The notes beneath the pieces are model-generated. The model was not told where the DNA came from, made no database searches, and saw only the letters and a list, made by a program, of their open reading frames with translations. A program made the translations under genes and the position numbers. 64,000 nt of DNA from Chloracidobacterium sp. (GTDB lineage: Bacteria; Acidobacteriota; Blastocatellia; Pyrinomonadales; Pyrinomonadaceae), in contig JADKKB010000002.1 of assembly GCA_016720705.1 (NCBI GenBank), forward strand, positions 32,428 through 96,427, read 5' to 3'. Below are positions 28,757 through 39,458 of the stretch, piece by piece (within the stretch, counting starts at the first letter, position 1; each line of letters opens with the position of its first letter).

Positions 28757-28887
28757 AAATATTCTCCGGAGATCGAATTGCAGATTTTCCGGGGCGCAAT
28801 TCGCTCGATACAAATTGAACGATGCGCGGCCTGATCCTTGCAGATATTGAAGAGATTTTTCGAGTTGTGCAGTATTTCCGCTAGCGT

Positions 28888-29589
28888 TTAGTTGTCTTTC
28901 GGGTCTTCGAGTGCGTCATCGATCTCTTTTTCTAATTTGAATCGGAGCTTCTCGACCATTGCGTCAGCCCGTTGGACCGTCGCGGTCAAATTTGCGTGCG
29001 ATGACTGGACCTCGTTGAGCAGTGATTGCAGGTTTTGCTTTTCGGCATCGAGAGACCGCTTGCGCATTTCGCGGATCTCTTCGGGTTTCATCGATCCGGA
29101 AAATGTGGCCGAACGATTAATTGACTCCGGACGACTCTCGGTCTCGATCTGATCGATGCGCGATTTAAGCGTGTTTTCTTTTTCGATCATTTCAAACAAC
29201 TGCTTGCGAAGTCCGTCCGCCCTTTGCTCGGCCCGCGTAAGAATATCAAGATTTAGCAACAGACGCTTTTGCTTCTCATCGTATTCGTTGGTTCGTGCAG
29301 CTTCGAGCTTTTTGATGCGGGCAGTAAGGTCTTTGACCTTTTGGGACTGATCGTCGATCGGTTGATTATTTTGCTTTACCGCCGCCGGGTCGAGAAATAC
29401 CAATGGAGGATTCTGATCATCGGCCGTGCTGATGATCTCGGCACCCGTCGTCGCCGTAGGGGTAGGCGTCGGCCCCGGAGACGGTTTTTTACGCTTTGTC
29501 TGTGCAAATGCGGACATCGTAATAATCGCAATTATCCCGCTAGCCAGCAAGATACTAATTAGAAACCTTCGACCGCTATTTTCTTTCAT
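28888..29589 (-). CDS. Secreted coiled-coil protein (233 aa), hypothetical
   Basis: Signal peptide LISILLASGIIAIITMSAFAQ, a P/T linker, then a long heptad-like charged region. Confidence 0.6.
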   Translation of the reverse strand: MKENSGRRFLISILLASGIIAIITMSAFAQTKRKKPSPGPTPTPTATTGAEIISTADDQNPPLVFLDPAAVKQNNQPIDDQSQKVKDLTARIKKLEAARTNEYDEKQKRLLLNLDILTRAEQRADGLRKQLFEMIEKENTLKSRIDQIETESRPESINRSATFSGSMKPEEIREMRKRSLDAEKQNLQSLLNEVQSSHANLTATVQRADAMVEKLRFKLEKEIDDALEDPKDN

Positions 29590-29861
29590 TTTACTTTCGT
29601 TCCCTTACTTTTCGGCTTGTCCGCCAAAAAATCCCCACGCACCATCTCAACCGCGTTCTTAGCAAGACCGACAAACGGTATCGCGTCGATACTCGAGTTG
29701 ATCACACCTTTGACCAAGCCCTTACTGCGAATATCGCTGCCCACTAAAACAATGGCTACGACCGTCCCGCCAAAAGGAATAGTCTTAGCCACGCGCTTTG
29801 CGACCTGCCAACCACCGGCGTGAACTAACTTTCGTTTGATGCTCTGTTTCTTTTCTGTCAT
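29586..29861 (-). CDS. Small hypothetical protein (91 aa)
   Basis: Its stop overlaps the start of the next gene (ATGA). Has a central hydrophobic/Gly-rich segment. Confidence 0.5.
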   Translation of the reverse strand: MTEKKQSIKRKLVHAGGWQVAKRVAKTIPFGGTVVAIVLVGSDIRSKGLVKGVINSSIDAIPFVGLAKNAVEMVRGDFLADKPKSKGTKVK

Positions 29862-29957
29862 TCAAGAGATATTTTATACTTGCGTAATTTTGATGACAAA
29901 AGCATACTTTCCTTTGCACGGCAAAGCCCAGGTAAAGTTCCAAATTCAAATAAAGCA

Positions 29958-30896
29958 ATGCCCCTTCGAATCAACCAACTCTCGAAACGATACGGAAACA
30001 ATTGGGCCCTTCGCGACATCGACCTCGATGTCGATGACGGCCGGATCTTTGGGATATTTGGCGGCACCGCGTCCGGAAAAACATCGCTTTTACGATGCAT
30101 CGCGGGAAACGAGTCGTTAAATGGCGGCACCGTCACCACCGGTGGGGCGTCGGTCTATCTTGCACCGGAAAAAAAGGACGGCGGGATCGCATCCATATTT
30201 GGAAAGCGTTCGAGCGGATCGTCTTCAGGACAGGCGAAGGTAAGCGAATTTGAACGCACACTAGATAGTGATTCTCAGATATTGCTTTTGGACGATCCGT
30301 TCGTAGGAATTGACGAAGACCTACGCGGGAAGTTGATCGAGCGACTCCGACAAAAGGCGGCCTCAGGCAAGACGATCATTTTCGCTTCAACCGATTTTCA
30401 GCAGGTCGCAGAGCTTTGCGAAAAGATGCTTGTATTGGTCGGCGGCAATTGCGGACAGACGGGCTTCACTCAAGATATCTACGAGAATCCGGAAACCAGC
30501 GGTGTTGCCGCGATCGTAGGGCGAAACAACCTTTTCAAAGCGAGACGCCTGTCATCGACCAACGCAGAGGCTCCTGAATTCTATTCGATCGAAGGTGAGC
30601 ATCGCATTTTTGCCCAACCGACCGAAAAGCGTCGAATCGGCGCAATTAATCAAACTGTTACACTTGCGATACGGCCCGAGCACATCTCAATAACATTTGG
30701 AGCATCGTTTCCCGAGGACAATCTCTTAAAGGCAGTTGTCACCGGCATTCGATTTCTTGGCGATACCACATTGATCGACCTTGATGCCAACGGCCTGCGG
30801 CTTTCGGCACGAGTCTTTAGGGTCGTTGGACTCAATATCGGCGAAGAATGTATGATCGGTATGCCCCCGCATCGAATACTCGTCCTAAAAGACTGA
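29958..30896 (+). CDS. ABC transporter ATP-binding protein with C-terminal TOBE-like region and a degenerate signature motif
   Basis: Walker A is GGTASGKTS and Walker B is ILLLDDPFVGID. The signature region is SSSGQ rather than LSGGQ. Start chosen at MPLRINQLSKRYG. Confidence 0.75.
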   Translation: MPLRINQLSKRYGNNWALRDIDLDVDDGRIFGIFGGTASGKTSLLRCIAGNESLNGGTVTTGGASVYLAPEKKDGGIASIFGKRSSGSSSGQAKVSEFERTLDSDSQILLLDDPFVGIDEDLRGKLIERLRQKAASGKTIIFASTDFQQVAELCEKMLVLVGGNCGQTGFTQDIYENPETSGVAAIVGRNNLFKARRLSSTNAEAPEFYSIEGEHRIFAQPTEKRRIGAINQTVTLAIRPEHISITFGASFPEDNLLKAVVTGIRFLGDTTLIDLDANGLRLSARVFRVVGLNIGEECMIGMPPHRILVLKD

Positions 30897-30915
30897 CACC
30901 CCTAGCATCAAACTG

Positions 30916-32469
30916 TTATTCAGTTGGTAGCGTCAGAATGATGTGCATTCTGCGATTCTTAGCTTTATTGACCGCGGTAATATTGGGCACAAGCGGGATC
31001 GCTGCGGCAAAACCGCGTGCCCGGACGCGGGTCTGATCGACGCCGATCGACGTTATCTTGTCGGAGACGATCTTCGCCCGTGAGTCGGTGAGCGTTTGAA
31101 GAGCAGTCGGATCGCCCGCGCTATCCGTGTGAGATTCGATGGCGATGAAATAGTCCGGATTATTTGCAAGTATCTCGGCGATCGATGTCAATTTTCCATC
31201 TGCTTGCATTGCCAGGGAACTCGACCTTGCACCTGCCCACAGATTCTCAGGCAGAACCAGAACGATCGAGTCATCGACGCGAGCCACCTGTCCAAATCTC
31301 TTTAACGAATTGATCAATTCGCCCTCGGCGGCGCGGATCCTGGCGAGCTTAGCTTCGCGATCCACTTTGGACTGGGCGGCGACCTTTTCATTTTCGGCGG
31401 CCGCGAGTTTGGCTCTGGCATTTTCGGCATCGAGGCGTACTCGGCCCAGTTCTTCGCGGAGTTTGCCGTTCTCATCGCGAGCTTCCTTTAGCTGAGTGAG
31501 ATAGTTAGCCGAATCGCGTTCTGCAAGTTCGCGGCTGCGCGTCTCACGAGCCAATTCCGCCCGCAGGTCGTCGATCTGATTTTGTGAGTCGACAAACTTC
31601 TCCTCCGCACGCCGAGCCTCGGCGTCGGACCGTGATTTTTCATTACGCTTTTCGCGTGCATCCTTTCGCACCTGTGCCGTTGTCTCGGCTTTGACTGACG
31701 CACTTATCGATTTGCGGGCGGCGATGTCGACCGACTCTGCGTCACGACCGGCTTTCCAGGCAGCGTCGGCGTTTTGATAAAGAGTCTCCGCCTCGCGCAG
31801 TTCCTCGGCCGCATCACGTTCGGCTCCCGCAAACTTTGCCAATGCGATCGCCTGCTTGGCCTGCAACACCGTCGACGGTGTCTTTGCGTAATCCATCTCC
31901 GCGATCTCGGGTGTTCGGGAATCGCGAAAATAATCACTCGAGTTGCCGAAATACTGGACCGCCGGTGTAGTGCCGATCACCTTGCCGGTAGTCGTGTACG
32001 GACTGAGATTTTCCATCATTATCTCCTGGCTCGGACGCCGCACGAGGAAATGTGGTTCAGCCGTGATGATCAAGGCAAATGTCTGTAGCGGTGTCGTTAC
32101 ACTTATCTTCGAATCAAATTCGAAAAAGCCACGACGCTTGATCTCACCTAGATTATCGATCGAACCATCCGGCGATATAGCCCATACAACGTAGGTCGCA
32201 TATCCTGCTCCAAGCTCAAACGGTCGGGGCATTTTAGACACTGAGAGTTCGACCTGTGTACCGTTTCGGCTTGTTCTCTTGACCTTGGCCTCGCCCTTCA
32301 TTCTCGGAAATCTCGTCGTACCGCGAAACTGGACCATCACCGGTTCGTCCAGCGGATAGGTTACGGCAGTTGTTCGCCGCGGTACATCGACCTGGCCATA
32401 TACAAATGCCGACGTACAAAGGATGAGCAAGGAAATTAATGCAAATGTCGCGATCGAGTATTTATTCAT
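30916..32469 (-). CDS. OmpA-family protein with a long central coiled coil
   Basis: Signal peptide. The C-terminal OmpA-like block is FIAIESHTDSAGDPTALQTLTDSRAKIVSDKI...RVRARGFAAAIPL. Confidence 0.8.
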   Translation of the reverse strand: MNKYSIATFALISLLILCTSAFVYGQVDVPRRTTAVTYPLDEPVMVQFRGTTRFPRMKGEAKVKRTSRNGTQVELSVSKMPRPFELGAGYATYVVWAISPDGSIDNLGEIKRRGFFEFDSKISVTTPLQTFALIITAEPHFLVRRPSQEIMMENLSPYTTTGKVIGTTPAVQYFGNSSDYFRDSRTPEIAEMDYAKTPSTVLQAKQAIALAKFAGAERDAAEELREAETLYQNADAAWKAGRDAESVDIAARKSISASVKAETTAQVRKDAREKRNEKSRSDAEARRAEEKFVDSQNQIDDLRAELARETRSRELAERDSANYLTQLKEARDENGKLREELGRVRLDAENARAKLAAAENEKVAAQSKVDREAKLARIRAAEGELINSLKRFGQVARVDDSIVLVLPENLWAGARSSSLAMQADGKLTSIAEILANNPDYFIAIESHTDSAGDPTALQTLTDSRAKIVSDKITSIGVDQTRVRARGFAAAIPLVPNITAVNKAKNRRMHIILTLPTE

Positions 32470-32595
32470 ATTGCGGTTGAGTAGATTACGGATAGTACTT
32501 TAGAAAAGATGCCATAATTCAAATGCGGGTTGCAACCTTAAGAACTTGGACATCTGAGGCTCAACTAAAGTATATTCAAGTATTTGCGATTGGCA

Positions 32596-34410
32596 ATGGA
32601 AGACCTGAAACGACTACTCCGATACGTCCGCCCGCACTGGTTCATCTTCGTGATGGCTCTGATTGCGATGGTATTGGTCGCCGTGTTTGAGACCGCGACC
32701 GGTGCGTTACTGGTGCCGATCTTTGACCAATTTTTACCGAGCCAGGGCAAAGGAGCTGACACGATCTTTGACCTGAATAGCCTAATACCAAAAGACGACT
32801 GGCTGCGGGCTTGGATCGTAATTTCGAGTCTTCTATTCAGTTTCACTATCTGCAAGGGTATCGCTGAATATTTTTCGTCGTACCTGATGGCAAAGATCGG
32901 GCAAACCGCGATACTCAGTTTGCGTCAGGAACTCTATGATCACCTATTGAACCAATCTGCATCATTTTTTGAAAAGCATAGAACCAATTTTTTGGTTTCG
33001 CGATTGATCGTAAATTGTGCCGCTATCGAACTTGCTGTATCCGCGAATCTCCGCGACGTGCTTCGCGAGTCATTTATGCTGATCTGTTTCATTTCGGCCG
33101 CGTTTTACTTCAATTGGCGCCTGATGCTCGGGGCGATGTTGCTCGGGCCGGTGATCGGGCTTTTGACCTCGCAGTTCAGTCGGAGACTCAGGGCACTTTC
33201 ACACGAGGCCGTCGAGGGCAACAAATCGCTAACTGACACCGCTCAGGAGGCGATCGCCAATCAACAGATCGTCAAGGCTTACGTTGCTGAGGATCGGGAA
33301 AACCGCCGCTTTACTAAAATGGCCCGCGTTATCTCGAGTGCCAATCTTCGTGGATTTAGGATCGCGGCTATTTCGCCGCCGACCATAGACATTATAGGTG
33401 TCATCGCTCTTGTCGTCCTGTTCTATTTCGGCTTGCGTGAGATCAATGCAAACCGTATGGAATCGGCTCAGTTCTTTGGGTTCCTCTTTTTCTTATTTCG
33501 AAGCTACGACCCGATGCGCAAGATCTCAAGGCAGCACAATGAGATATCAAAGGCGTTCGCATCGGCTCGCGACGTCTGGAACATACTCGATGAGCAGGAT
33601 CGGATGCCCGAAAAGCCGAATGCTGCCGATCTGCCGATACTTTCGGATGCCATCCGATTGAACGGCGTTTCGTTTAAGTATCGCAATAGCGATAGACAGA
33701 TACTTGAGAACATCGTTCTCGAGATCCCAAAGGGTTCGATGATCGCCCTGGTCGGCGAGAGCGGCGGCGGCAAATCGAGTTTGATCAAGCTGATCCAGCG
33801 ACTTTACGACCCGACAAGCGGCTCGATCACCTGGGACGGAATCGACTTGCGGGACGCTCGGATCGTCAGTCTCAAGCGTATGATCGCTCTCGTAACGCAG
33901 GAGACTGTTTTGTTTAACGATACGGTCGCCTACAATATTTCCTACGGTAAACCGGACGCAACCCAGCAGGAGATCGAAAATGCCGCCCGCGTTGCGTTCG
34001 CACACGAGTTTATCGAACAGATGCCGGACGGTTACGACACGCAGGTCGGCGAACGCGGGACGATGCTGTCCGGTGGTCAACGACAGCGCATCGCCATCGC
34101 ACGAGCAGTGTTGGTAAACGCCCCGGTTTTGATCCTTGACGAAGCGACCTCAGCACTCGACACCGAGAGCGAGCGACTGGTCCAACGGGCACTAGGCAAT
34201 CTGACGCACGATAAAACGTCGATCGTTATTGCTCATCGCCTCTCAACCATCCAGCGGGCTGACCGGATCGTCGTGATGGAACGAGGGCGGGTCGTCGAAA
34301 GCGGGACGCACAGCGAACTGCTTGCGGCGAGCGGACGATATAAGACCCTATACGAAATACAGTTTGCTTCCGAGGTGCAGCTTGACCCGGAAACCGAGAT
34401 AAATTTATGA
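32596..34410 (+). CDS. ABC exporter, fused permease/ATPase (MsbA-like)
   Basis: Six-TM N-terminal domain. Walker A is GESGGGKSS, signature LSGGQRQRIAIARA, Walker B ILILDEATSALD. Confidence 0.9.
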   Translation: MEDLKRLLRYVRPHWFIFVMALIAMVLVAVFETATGALLVPIFDQFLPSQGKGADTIFDLNSLIPKDDWLRAWIVISSLLFSFTICKGIAEYFSSYLMAKIGQTAILSLRQELYDHLLNQSASFFEKHRTNFLVSRLIVNCAAIELAVSANLRDVLRESFMLICFISAAFYFNWRLMLGAMLLGPVIGLLTSQFSRRLRALSHEAVEGNKSLTDTAQEAIANQQIVKAYVAEDRENRRFTKMARVISSANLRGFRIAAISPPTIDIIGVIALVVLFYFGLREINANRMESAQFFGFLFFLFRSYDPMRKISRQHNEISKAFASARDVWNILDEQDRMPEKPNAADLPILSDAIRLNGVSFKYRNSDRQILENIVLEIPKGSMIALVGESGGGKSSLIKLIQRLYDPTSGSITWDGIDLRDARIVSLKRMIALVTQETVLFNDTVAYNISYGKPDATQQEIENAARVAFAHEFIEQMPDGYDTQVGERGTMLSGGQRQRIAIARAVLVNAPVLILDEATSALDTESERLVQRALGNLTHDKTSIVIAHRLSTIQRADRIVVMERGRVVESGTHSELLAASGRYKTLYEIQFASEVQLDPETEINL

Positions 34411-35285
34411 GATCAATGACAGGTTTTGGCCGTGCTACCGCAGCCGGCGATAATTTCTCGATCACCGTCGAACTCAAAACCGTAAACAACCGGTTTTTGG
34501 ACGTGAATTTACGGCTTTCGAGCGAAGTGCAATCGCTCGAAACGGCGATCAAACGGACGATCGGCAACCGACTGTCGCGAGGACGTGTTGACGTAAATCT
34601 TCAATACGAACGCAACAACGAGGTCAGCTATGAGATCAATCGACCAATGATCACGGGCTATCTAGCGGCGATGAGGTCGATGAAGGACGAATTTGACCTG
34701 GCCGGCGAACCCGACCTGAACGTAATCGCTCGCCTCCCCAATGTGGTTGTCCCGAGCAAGGAAGAAGCCGGGCCGGAGTTTTTCACAGCTATCGAAACAG
34801 TCCTGGCCGACGCTCTCGACGATCTGGAAAAAATGCGTGAGGCGGAGGGTGCGTCCCTCGCTGACGAACTTAGCTCAAGACTCACCGGTATCGAATCGCG
34901 CTTGCCGGCCATCGAGGCGGAGTCCGCCAAGGTCGGAGCTGAGTACCACGAGCGGCTGCTCAAGCGAATGAACGATATGCTGTCCAAAACGGCGTCGCAG
35001 TTCGATATCGATCAGGGACGTCTCGCTCAGGAAGTAGCATATCTTGCGGACCGTGCAGATATCTCGGAGGAGATCACACGACTTCGGACGCACATTGAGC
35101 ATTTTCGAACGATAATGTCCGACGATAAGGATGTCGGCAAAAGGCTCGATTTCCTGACGCAGGAACTCAACCGCGAAGCAAATACCATCACTTCAAAGAC
35201 CAATAATATGGTCGTCAAAGAAAATGCACTTGCCATCAAAAGCGAAATTGAGAAAATTCGTGAACAGGTGCAAAATATTGAGTAG
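34407..35285 (+). CDS. YicC family protein
   Basis: MRSMTGFGRA start and a C-terminal DISEEITRLRTHIEHF...LDFLTQELNREANTI block. Confidence 0.9.
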   Translation: MRSMTGFGRATAAGDNFSITVELKTVNNRFLDVNLRLSSEVQSLETAIKRTIGNRLSRGRVDVNLQYERNNEVSYEINRPMITGYLAAMRSMKDEFDLAGEPDLNVIARLPNVVVPSKEEAGPEFFTAIETVLADALDDLEKMREAEGASLADELSSRLTGIESRLPAIEAESAKVGAEYHERLLKRMNDMLSKTASQFDIDQGRLAQEVAYLADRADISEEITRLRTHIEHFRTIMSDDKDVGKRLDFLTQELNREANTITSKTNNMVVKENALAIKSEIEKIREQVQNIE

Positions 35286-35288
35286 AAA

Positions 35289-35921
35289 ATGCTAGGCCGA
35301 TTTATCATCATCAGTTCACCATCCGGAGGCGGCAAGGGCACGCTCATCAAAGAGGTGCGTGGCATTATGCCCGAACTCGGATATTCAGTTTCTTACACGA
35401 CCCGCTCGCAGCGTTTTGGCGAGGAAGACGGCCGTGAATACCACTTTGTCTCGCGGGATGAATTCCGGGACCTGATTGAAAAAGGCGAGTTTCTGGAGTA
35501 TGCGGAGGTTCACGGTAATCTTTACGGAACTTCGATGCGAGCGAGCGAAAAGGTCTTCCAGACCGGAAAAGATCTGATCGTTGAGGTGGACGTGCAAGGT
35601 GCCGTCCAGATAATGGAAAAACTCGGCGGCGAGAGCATCAGCATCTTTATCTTGCCGCCATCATTTGAAGTATTAAAGGCACGCTTGACGTCCCGTGCAA
35701 CCGAAGATCAGGCCGAACTCCAGACACGTCTGCGAAACTCATTTGACGAGGTCTTGCAATATTCACGCTTTAAGTATGTGGTCGTGAATGAAGAACTGCC
35801 GGCTGCAACACGGCAGATCGCTTCGATCATTATGGCCGAACGACATTTGCGTGATAGACAAAGCGTATCGATTCAGGTTATCCTTGATAGTTTCGATGCC
35901 TCTAGGCGTCAATTTCGTTGA
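35289..35921 (+). CDS. gmk: Guanylate kinase
   Basis: P-loop SSPSGGGKGTL, motif YSVSYTTR, and EYAEVHGNLYGT. Confidence 0.9.
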   Translation: MLGRFIIISSPSGGGKGTLIKEVRGIMPELGYSVSYTTRSQRFGEEDGREYHFVSRDEFRDLIEKGEFLEYAEVHGNLYGTSMRASEKVFQTGKDLIVEVDVQGAVQIMEKLGGESISIFILPPSFEVLKARLTSRATEDQAELQTRLRNSFDEVLQYSRFKYVVVNEELPAATRQIASIIMAERHLRDRQSVSIQVILDSFDASRRQFR

Positions 35922-35933
35922 AAGAGTATATCT

Positions 35934-36197
35934 ATGGCTGAAGAAACCTTGATCGAAACCGAAGAAAGCGAAGATGTTGTCGAGACAATTGACCCGCCTG
36001 TGATCGATTCGAAATATCGAATGATCATACTGGCGGCTCAGCGTAGCAAACAGCTACAGCGTGGTGCAAATTCGCGCACTGATGTCGACATACGCAAGAC
36101 TAAACCGACCAGAGTCGCATTGAAAGAGATCAGCGAACGCCGCATCAATTTCACATTCACCGACCAGAATGACGCCCCGACACAGGGCGATTCGTAA
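35934..36197 (+). CDS. rpoZ: DNA-directed RNA polymerase subunit omega
   Basis: DSKYRMIILAAQRSKQLQRG motif. Sits in the conserved gmk-rpoZ order. Confidence 0.85.
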   Translation: MAEETLIETEESEDVVETIDPPVIDSKYRMIILAAQRSKQLQRGANSRTDVDIRKTKPTRVALKEISERRINFTFTDQNDAPTQGDS

Positions 36198-36218
36198 TTT
36201 TCAATAGACATAATACAG

Positions 36219-36248
36219 AAAAAGGCCATCCGATCGGATGGCCTTTTT
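36219..36248. terminator. Bidirectional intrinsic terminator
   Basis: aaaaaggccatccgatcggatggccttttt, a perfect palindromic stem flanked by A and T runs. Confidence 0.8.
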
Positions 36249-36264
36249 CTGTATTTTTCACTTC

Positions 36265-38007
36265 CTACATACCCTTATAATCGGGCCCGCCGCCGCCCTC
36301 GGGCGTCACCCAATTGATGATCTGGTATGGGTCTGCGATGTCACAGGTCTTACAGTGGACGCAATTCGAAAAGTTGACCTTCAATTCCCGTCGCCCCGTG
36401 GCGGCGTTAGCTTCCATTTCGTAAACCGCGGCAGGGCAGAATTTTACGCAAGGATTGCCATACTCTTCGACACATCGCGTCGCACAGATTTCGGTGTCGA
36501 GTACGTGCAAATGCGCGGGTTGATCTTCGTCGTGTGAAACGCCTGCATAGAAAACGTCGGTCGGCTTGTCGAAGGTCAGCACCTTGTCAAAGGCGACGTT
36601 TTCATACCGCGATGTATCGCCGGGATTCTGCCAGAGTTTTTGCATACGCTCGTGGCCGGGCACGTGATGCTCCTTAGGCATAAATCCCCACGCAAGCCCA
36701 CCGGTAAAGTACTGCAATCCGGTATTGATCAGAGCGGACCAGCGGCCTTTCTGAAATGCAGCGTGGAAATTGCGCACGGGATGCAGTTCGTCGTAGATCC
36801 AACTGAGATTAACCTTTTCCTCAAAATGCTTGAGCGTTTTTGATGAAAAATCGCCGTGTTCGAGTGCAGTGACGATGGTTTCCGCAGCCAGCATTCCCGA
36901 TTTCATCGCGGTATGGATGCCTTTGATCCGTTGTCCGTTAAGAAACGACGCGCAATCCCCGACCAGCAGAACGCCGTCGGAATACAATCGCGGCATTGTA
37001 AAATATCCGCCCGCGTTGATCGTCTTGGCTCCGTACTTTATCATCTTGCCGCCCTCGAGCACTTTGGCGACCATCGGATGAGTTTTGAATTTTTGAAATT
37101 CGGCGTGCGGATCGATAGTCGGATCCTCGTAATCGAGGCCTGTAACGTAGCCGATACTGACCGCATTTCCCTTTAATCCATAGATCCAACCGCCGCCGTA
37201 AGTCCTGTTGTCAGATGGAAATCCGAGCGTATGCACGACCTTTCCCTCAGGGAAATTGCCTTCGGGCAGTTCCCATACTTCTTTGACTCCAAGCGAAAAA
37301 ACCTGTTCATCCTTACCCTCATTTAATCCAAGCCGGGCGGTCAATTGTTTGGCAAGCGAACCGCGTGAACCCTCGCCAAGCACGGTCACCTTGGCCAAAA
37401 GATCCACGCCGGGTTCGAAATTGGGCTTTTTCTTGCCGTCTTTATCAATGCCCTTGTCGCCCGTACGGATCCCGATCACAGCGTCATTGTCATCGTAGAG
37501 AACCTCGGCCGCCGGAAACTCCGGAAAGATGTTGATGCCCTCCTCTTCGCACTTTTCGCCGAGCCACTCGCACATTTTACTGAGGCTAATGATGTACTTG
37601 CCCTTGTTTTTGAGCGGTGGCGGGATGATCGGGGCGTTGATCCCGCGCTTCTCCATCAAGTACCAAAAGGCGTCTTCGGTCACAACCGAATCGATCGGGC
37701 AGCCTTGATCGAGAAAGTCAGGCATTAGTTCGCGGATCGCCTGAGGGTCCATAACGGCACCGGACAGGATATGCGCTCCGACAAAAGGGCCTTTTTCGAC
37801 AATGGCGATCTCTATCTCGCCGATCGCCGGGCCGGGCTTGATACCTTTCTCGACAAATTCGTCGTGCCTTTGGATCTCACTTTTAAGGTGAAGTGCCGCC
37901 GCAAGATTTGCCGGGCCGGCCCCGACAAAAACCACGTCCATCTCGATCTGTTCACGTTCTATCATAATTATCCCGGTCAGTACCGCCTGTCTTATCAGGT
38001 CGATCAT
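36265..38007 (-). CDS. Electron-transfer flavoprotein:ubiquinone oxidoreductase (ETF-QO)
   Basis: FAD motif DVVFVGAGPANLAAA. C-terminal 4Fe-4S region CPAAVYE...NCVHCKTCDI. The start may be the internal MIEREQ at 37965. Confidence 0.9.
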   Translation of the reverse strand: MIDLIRQAVLTGIIMIEREQIEMDVVFVGAGPANLAAALHLKSEIQRHDEFVEKGIKPGPAIGEIEIAIVEKGPFVGAHILSGAVMDPQAIRELMPDFLDQGCPIDSVVTEDAFWYLMEKRGINAPIIPPPLKNKGKYIISLSKMCEWLGEKCEEEGINIFPEFPAAEVLYDDNDAVIGIRTGDKGIDKDGKKKPNFEPGVDLLAKVTVLGEGSRGSLAKQLTARLGLNEGKDEQVFSLGVKEVWELPEGNFPEGKVVHTLGFPSDNRTYGGGWIYGLKGNAVSIGYVTGLDYEDPTIDPHAEFQKFKTHPMVAKVLEGGKMIKYGAKTINAGGYFTMPRLYSDGVLLVGDCASFLNGQRIKGIHTAMKSGMLAAETIVTALEHGDFSSKTLKHFEEKVNLSWIYDELHPVRNFHAAFQKGRWSALINTGLQYFTGGLAWGFMPKEHHVPGHERMQKLWQNPGDTSRYENVAFDKVLTFDKPTDVFYAGVSHDEDQPAHLHVLDTEICATRCVEEYGNPCVKFCPAAVYEMEANAATGRRELKVNFSNCVHCKTCDIADPYQIINWVTPEGGGGPDYKGM

Positions 38008-38104
38008 TAAAATGAATGGCGATTCAGTCGTTTCAAATTATATCAAACCAATGGCAGAAATACGACCGGTAGGGAGTGTGTGTATTGTCTGATAAAATCG
38101 TCTC

Positions 38105-38929
38105 GTGGCCAACCTTAAGAGATACACACTCGCTACCGCGCGTATTTCCGCCTTCGTCATCTCTACGCTATTATTTGGCTGTACCCCAACAAATACAGTC
38201 GATCCGCGTCTCTCCGAAAATATGCCGAACAAGATAATCTGGGCGTGGGAGCGTCCCGAGGATCTTCGGGCGTTCGAGGCGAAAGAATTTGCCGTCGCTT
38301 TCCTTGCTCAGACGATATTTCTGAAAAATAATGACGTCACGCCTAAATTGCGGCGGCAACCGCTCGAGGTTGCTCCGGGTGCGTACCTGATCGCGGTGAC
38401 GCGTATCGAAACCGATAAAGACGGAGCAAATCGACCGACATTTGATAAAGATATGATCGAGCGGATCGCATCGCTGGTCCGCGGCACACTCGACCTGCCC
38501 AATGTTCGGGCCATCCAGATCGATTTTGACGCCGTCGTGTCCGAACGCCAGGGCTATCGCAAACTGATGCTCGAACTCCGCAGAGTCTTGTCCGAGCCGC
38601 GTGCGTCCGGCGACGGTACGAAAACTTCGCAGGAATACATTCCGCTAACGATGACATCGCTCGCCTCGTGGTGCACCGGGGACGCGTGGTTCAACGACTT
38701 CCCCGTCGACGAAGCCGTACCGATGGTTTTCCAAATGGGCGCCGACAGCGACAAGATCAAAACGTATTTACGCAACGGTAACGACTGGATGGAACCTCTC
38801 TGCCGCGGCAGCTACGGCATCTCGCTCGATGAAGGCAAAATCGAAGGGATGAAAGACGGACGCAGGATGTATTACTTCAAAAACACACCGTGGAACGCTA
38901 CTGATCTTACGGTACTGAACACGCAATAA
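38105..38929 (+). CDS. Hypothetical lipoprotein (274 aa)
   Basis: Lipobox-like STLLFGC. No confident family assignment. Confidence 0.6.
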   Translation: MANLKRYTLATARISAFVISTLLFGCTPTNTVDPRLSENMPNKIIWAWERPEDLRAFEAKEFAVAFLAQTIFLKNNDVTPKLRRQPLEVAPGAYLIAVTRIETDKDGANRPTFDKDMIERIASLVRGTLDLPNVRAIQIDFDAVVSERQGYRKLMLELRRVLSEPRASGDGTKTSQEYIPLTMTSLASWCTGDAWFNDFPVDEAVPMVFQMGADSDKIKTYLRNGNDWMEPLCRGSYGISLDEGKIEGMKDGRRMYYFKNTPWNATDLTVLNTQ

Positions 38930-39012
38930 ATTGCCACTAGCTTTAGCTAGTGGAAAAGGCAACTATTCGTTACTGGGCTTAAGCCCAACTCTTCGTACAC
39001 AAACGTGAGCCG

Positions 39013-39408
39013 ATGCTAGATGTCGCAACTTATATCGTCGTAATACTGTGGGGAGCCTTTCTCGTCGGGCTTGGGGTGACGTCATTTATCAAGCCTGACG
39101 CTACCAAAGCGTTTCTGCTTGCGTTTGCTCAGACGCGTGCTAAACACTTTATCGAAATGGCTCTTCGCCTGATCGTCGGGGCGTCGATGCTCGTCCAATC
39201 ATCGCGTATCGAGTTTCCGGTGGTCTTCGCAATATTCGGCTGGATGCTCGTCGGCACGACCGCCGTTCTCATACTCGTACCATGGCGTTGGCACAAAGCC
39301 TTCGCCGACAAAACCGTCCCAAACGCCGTCCGTTACATCTCCCTAATGGGAATCTTCGCCCTAGCCCTCGGCGTGTTTATGATCTCGCTGATGATCTTGC
39401 GACCGTGA
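39013..39408 (+). CDS. Hypothetical integral membrane protein (131 aa, ~4 TM)
   Basis: Four hydrophobic segments in a clean ORF. Confidence 0.6.
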   Translation: MLDVATYIVVILWGAFLVGLGVTSFIKPDATKAFLLAFAQTRAKHFIEMALRLIVGASMLVQSSRIEFPVVFAIFGWMLVGTTAVLILVPWRWHKAFADKTVPNAVRYISLMGIFALALGVFMISLMILRP

Positions 39409-39458
39409 TCGGACAAAATACCAAAACGGAGTACAATAGCCAAAAAGGAGCCTAAAAT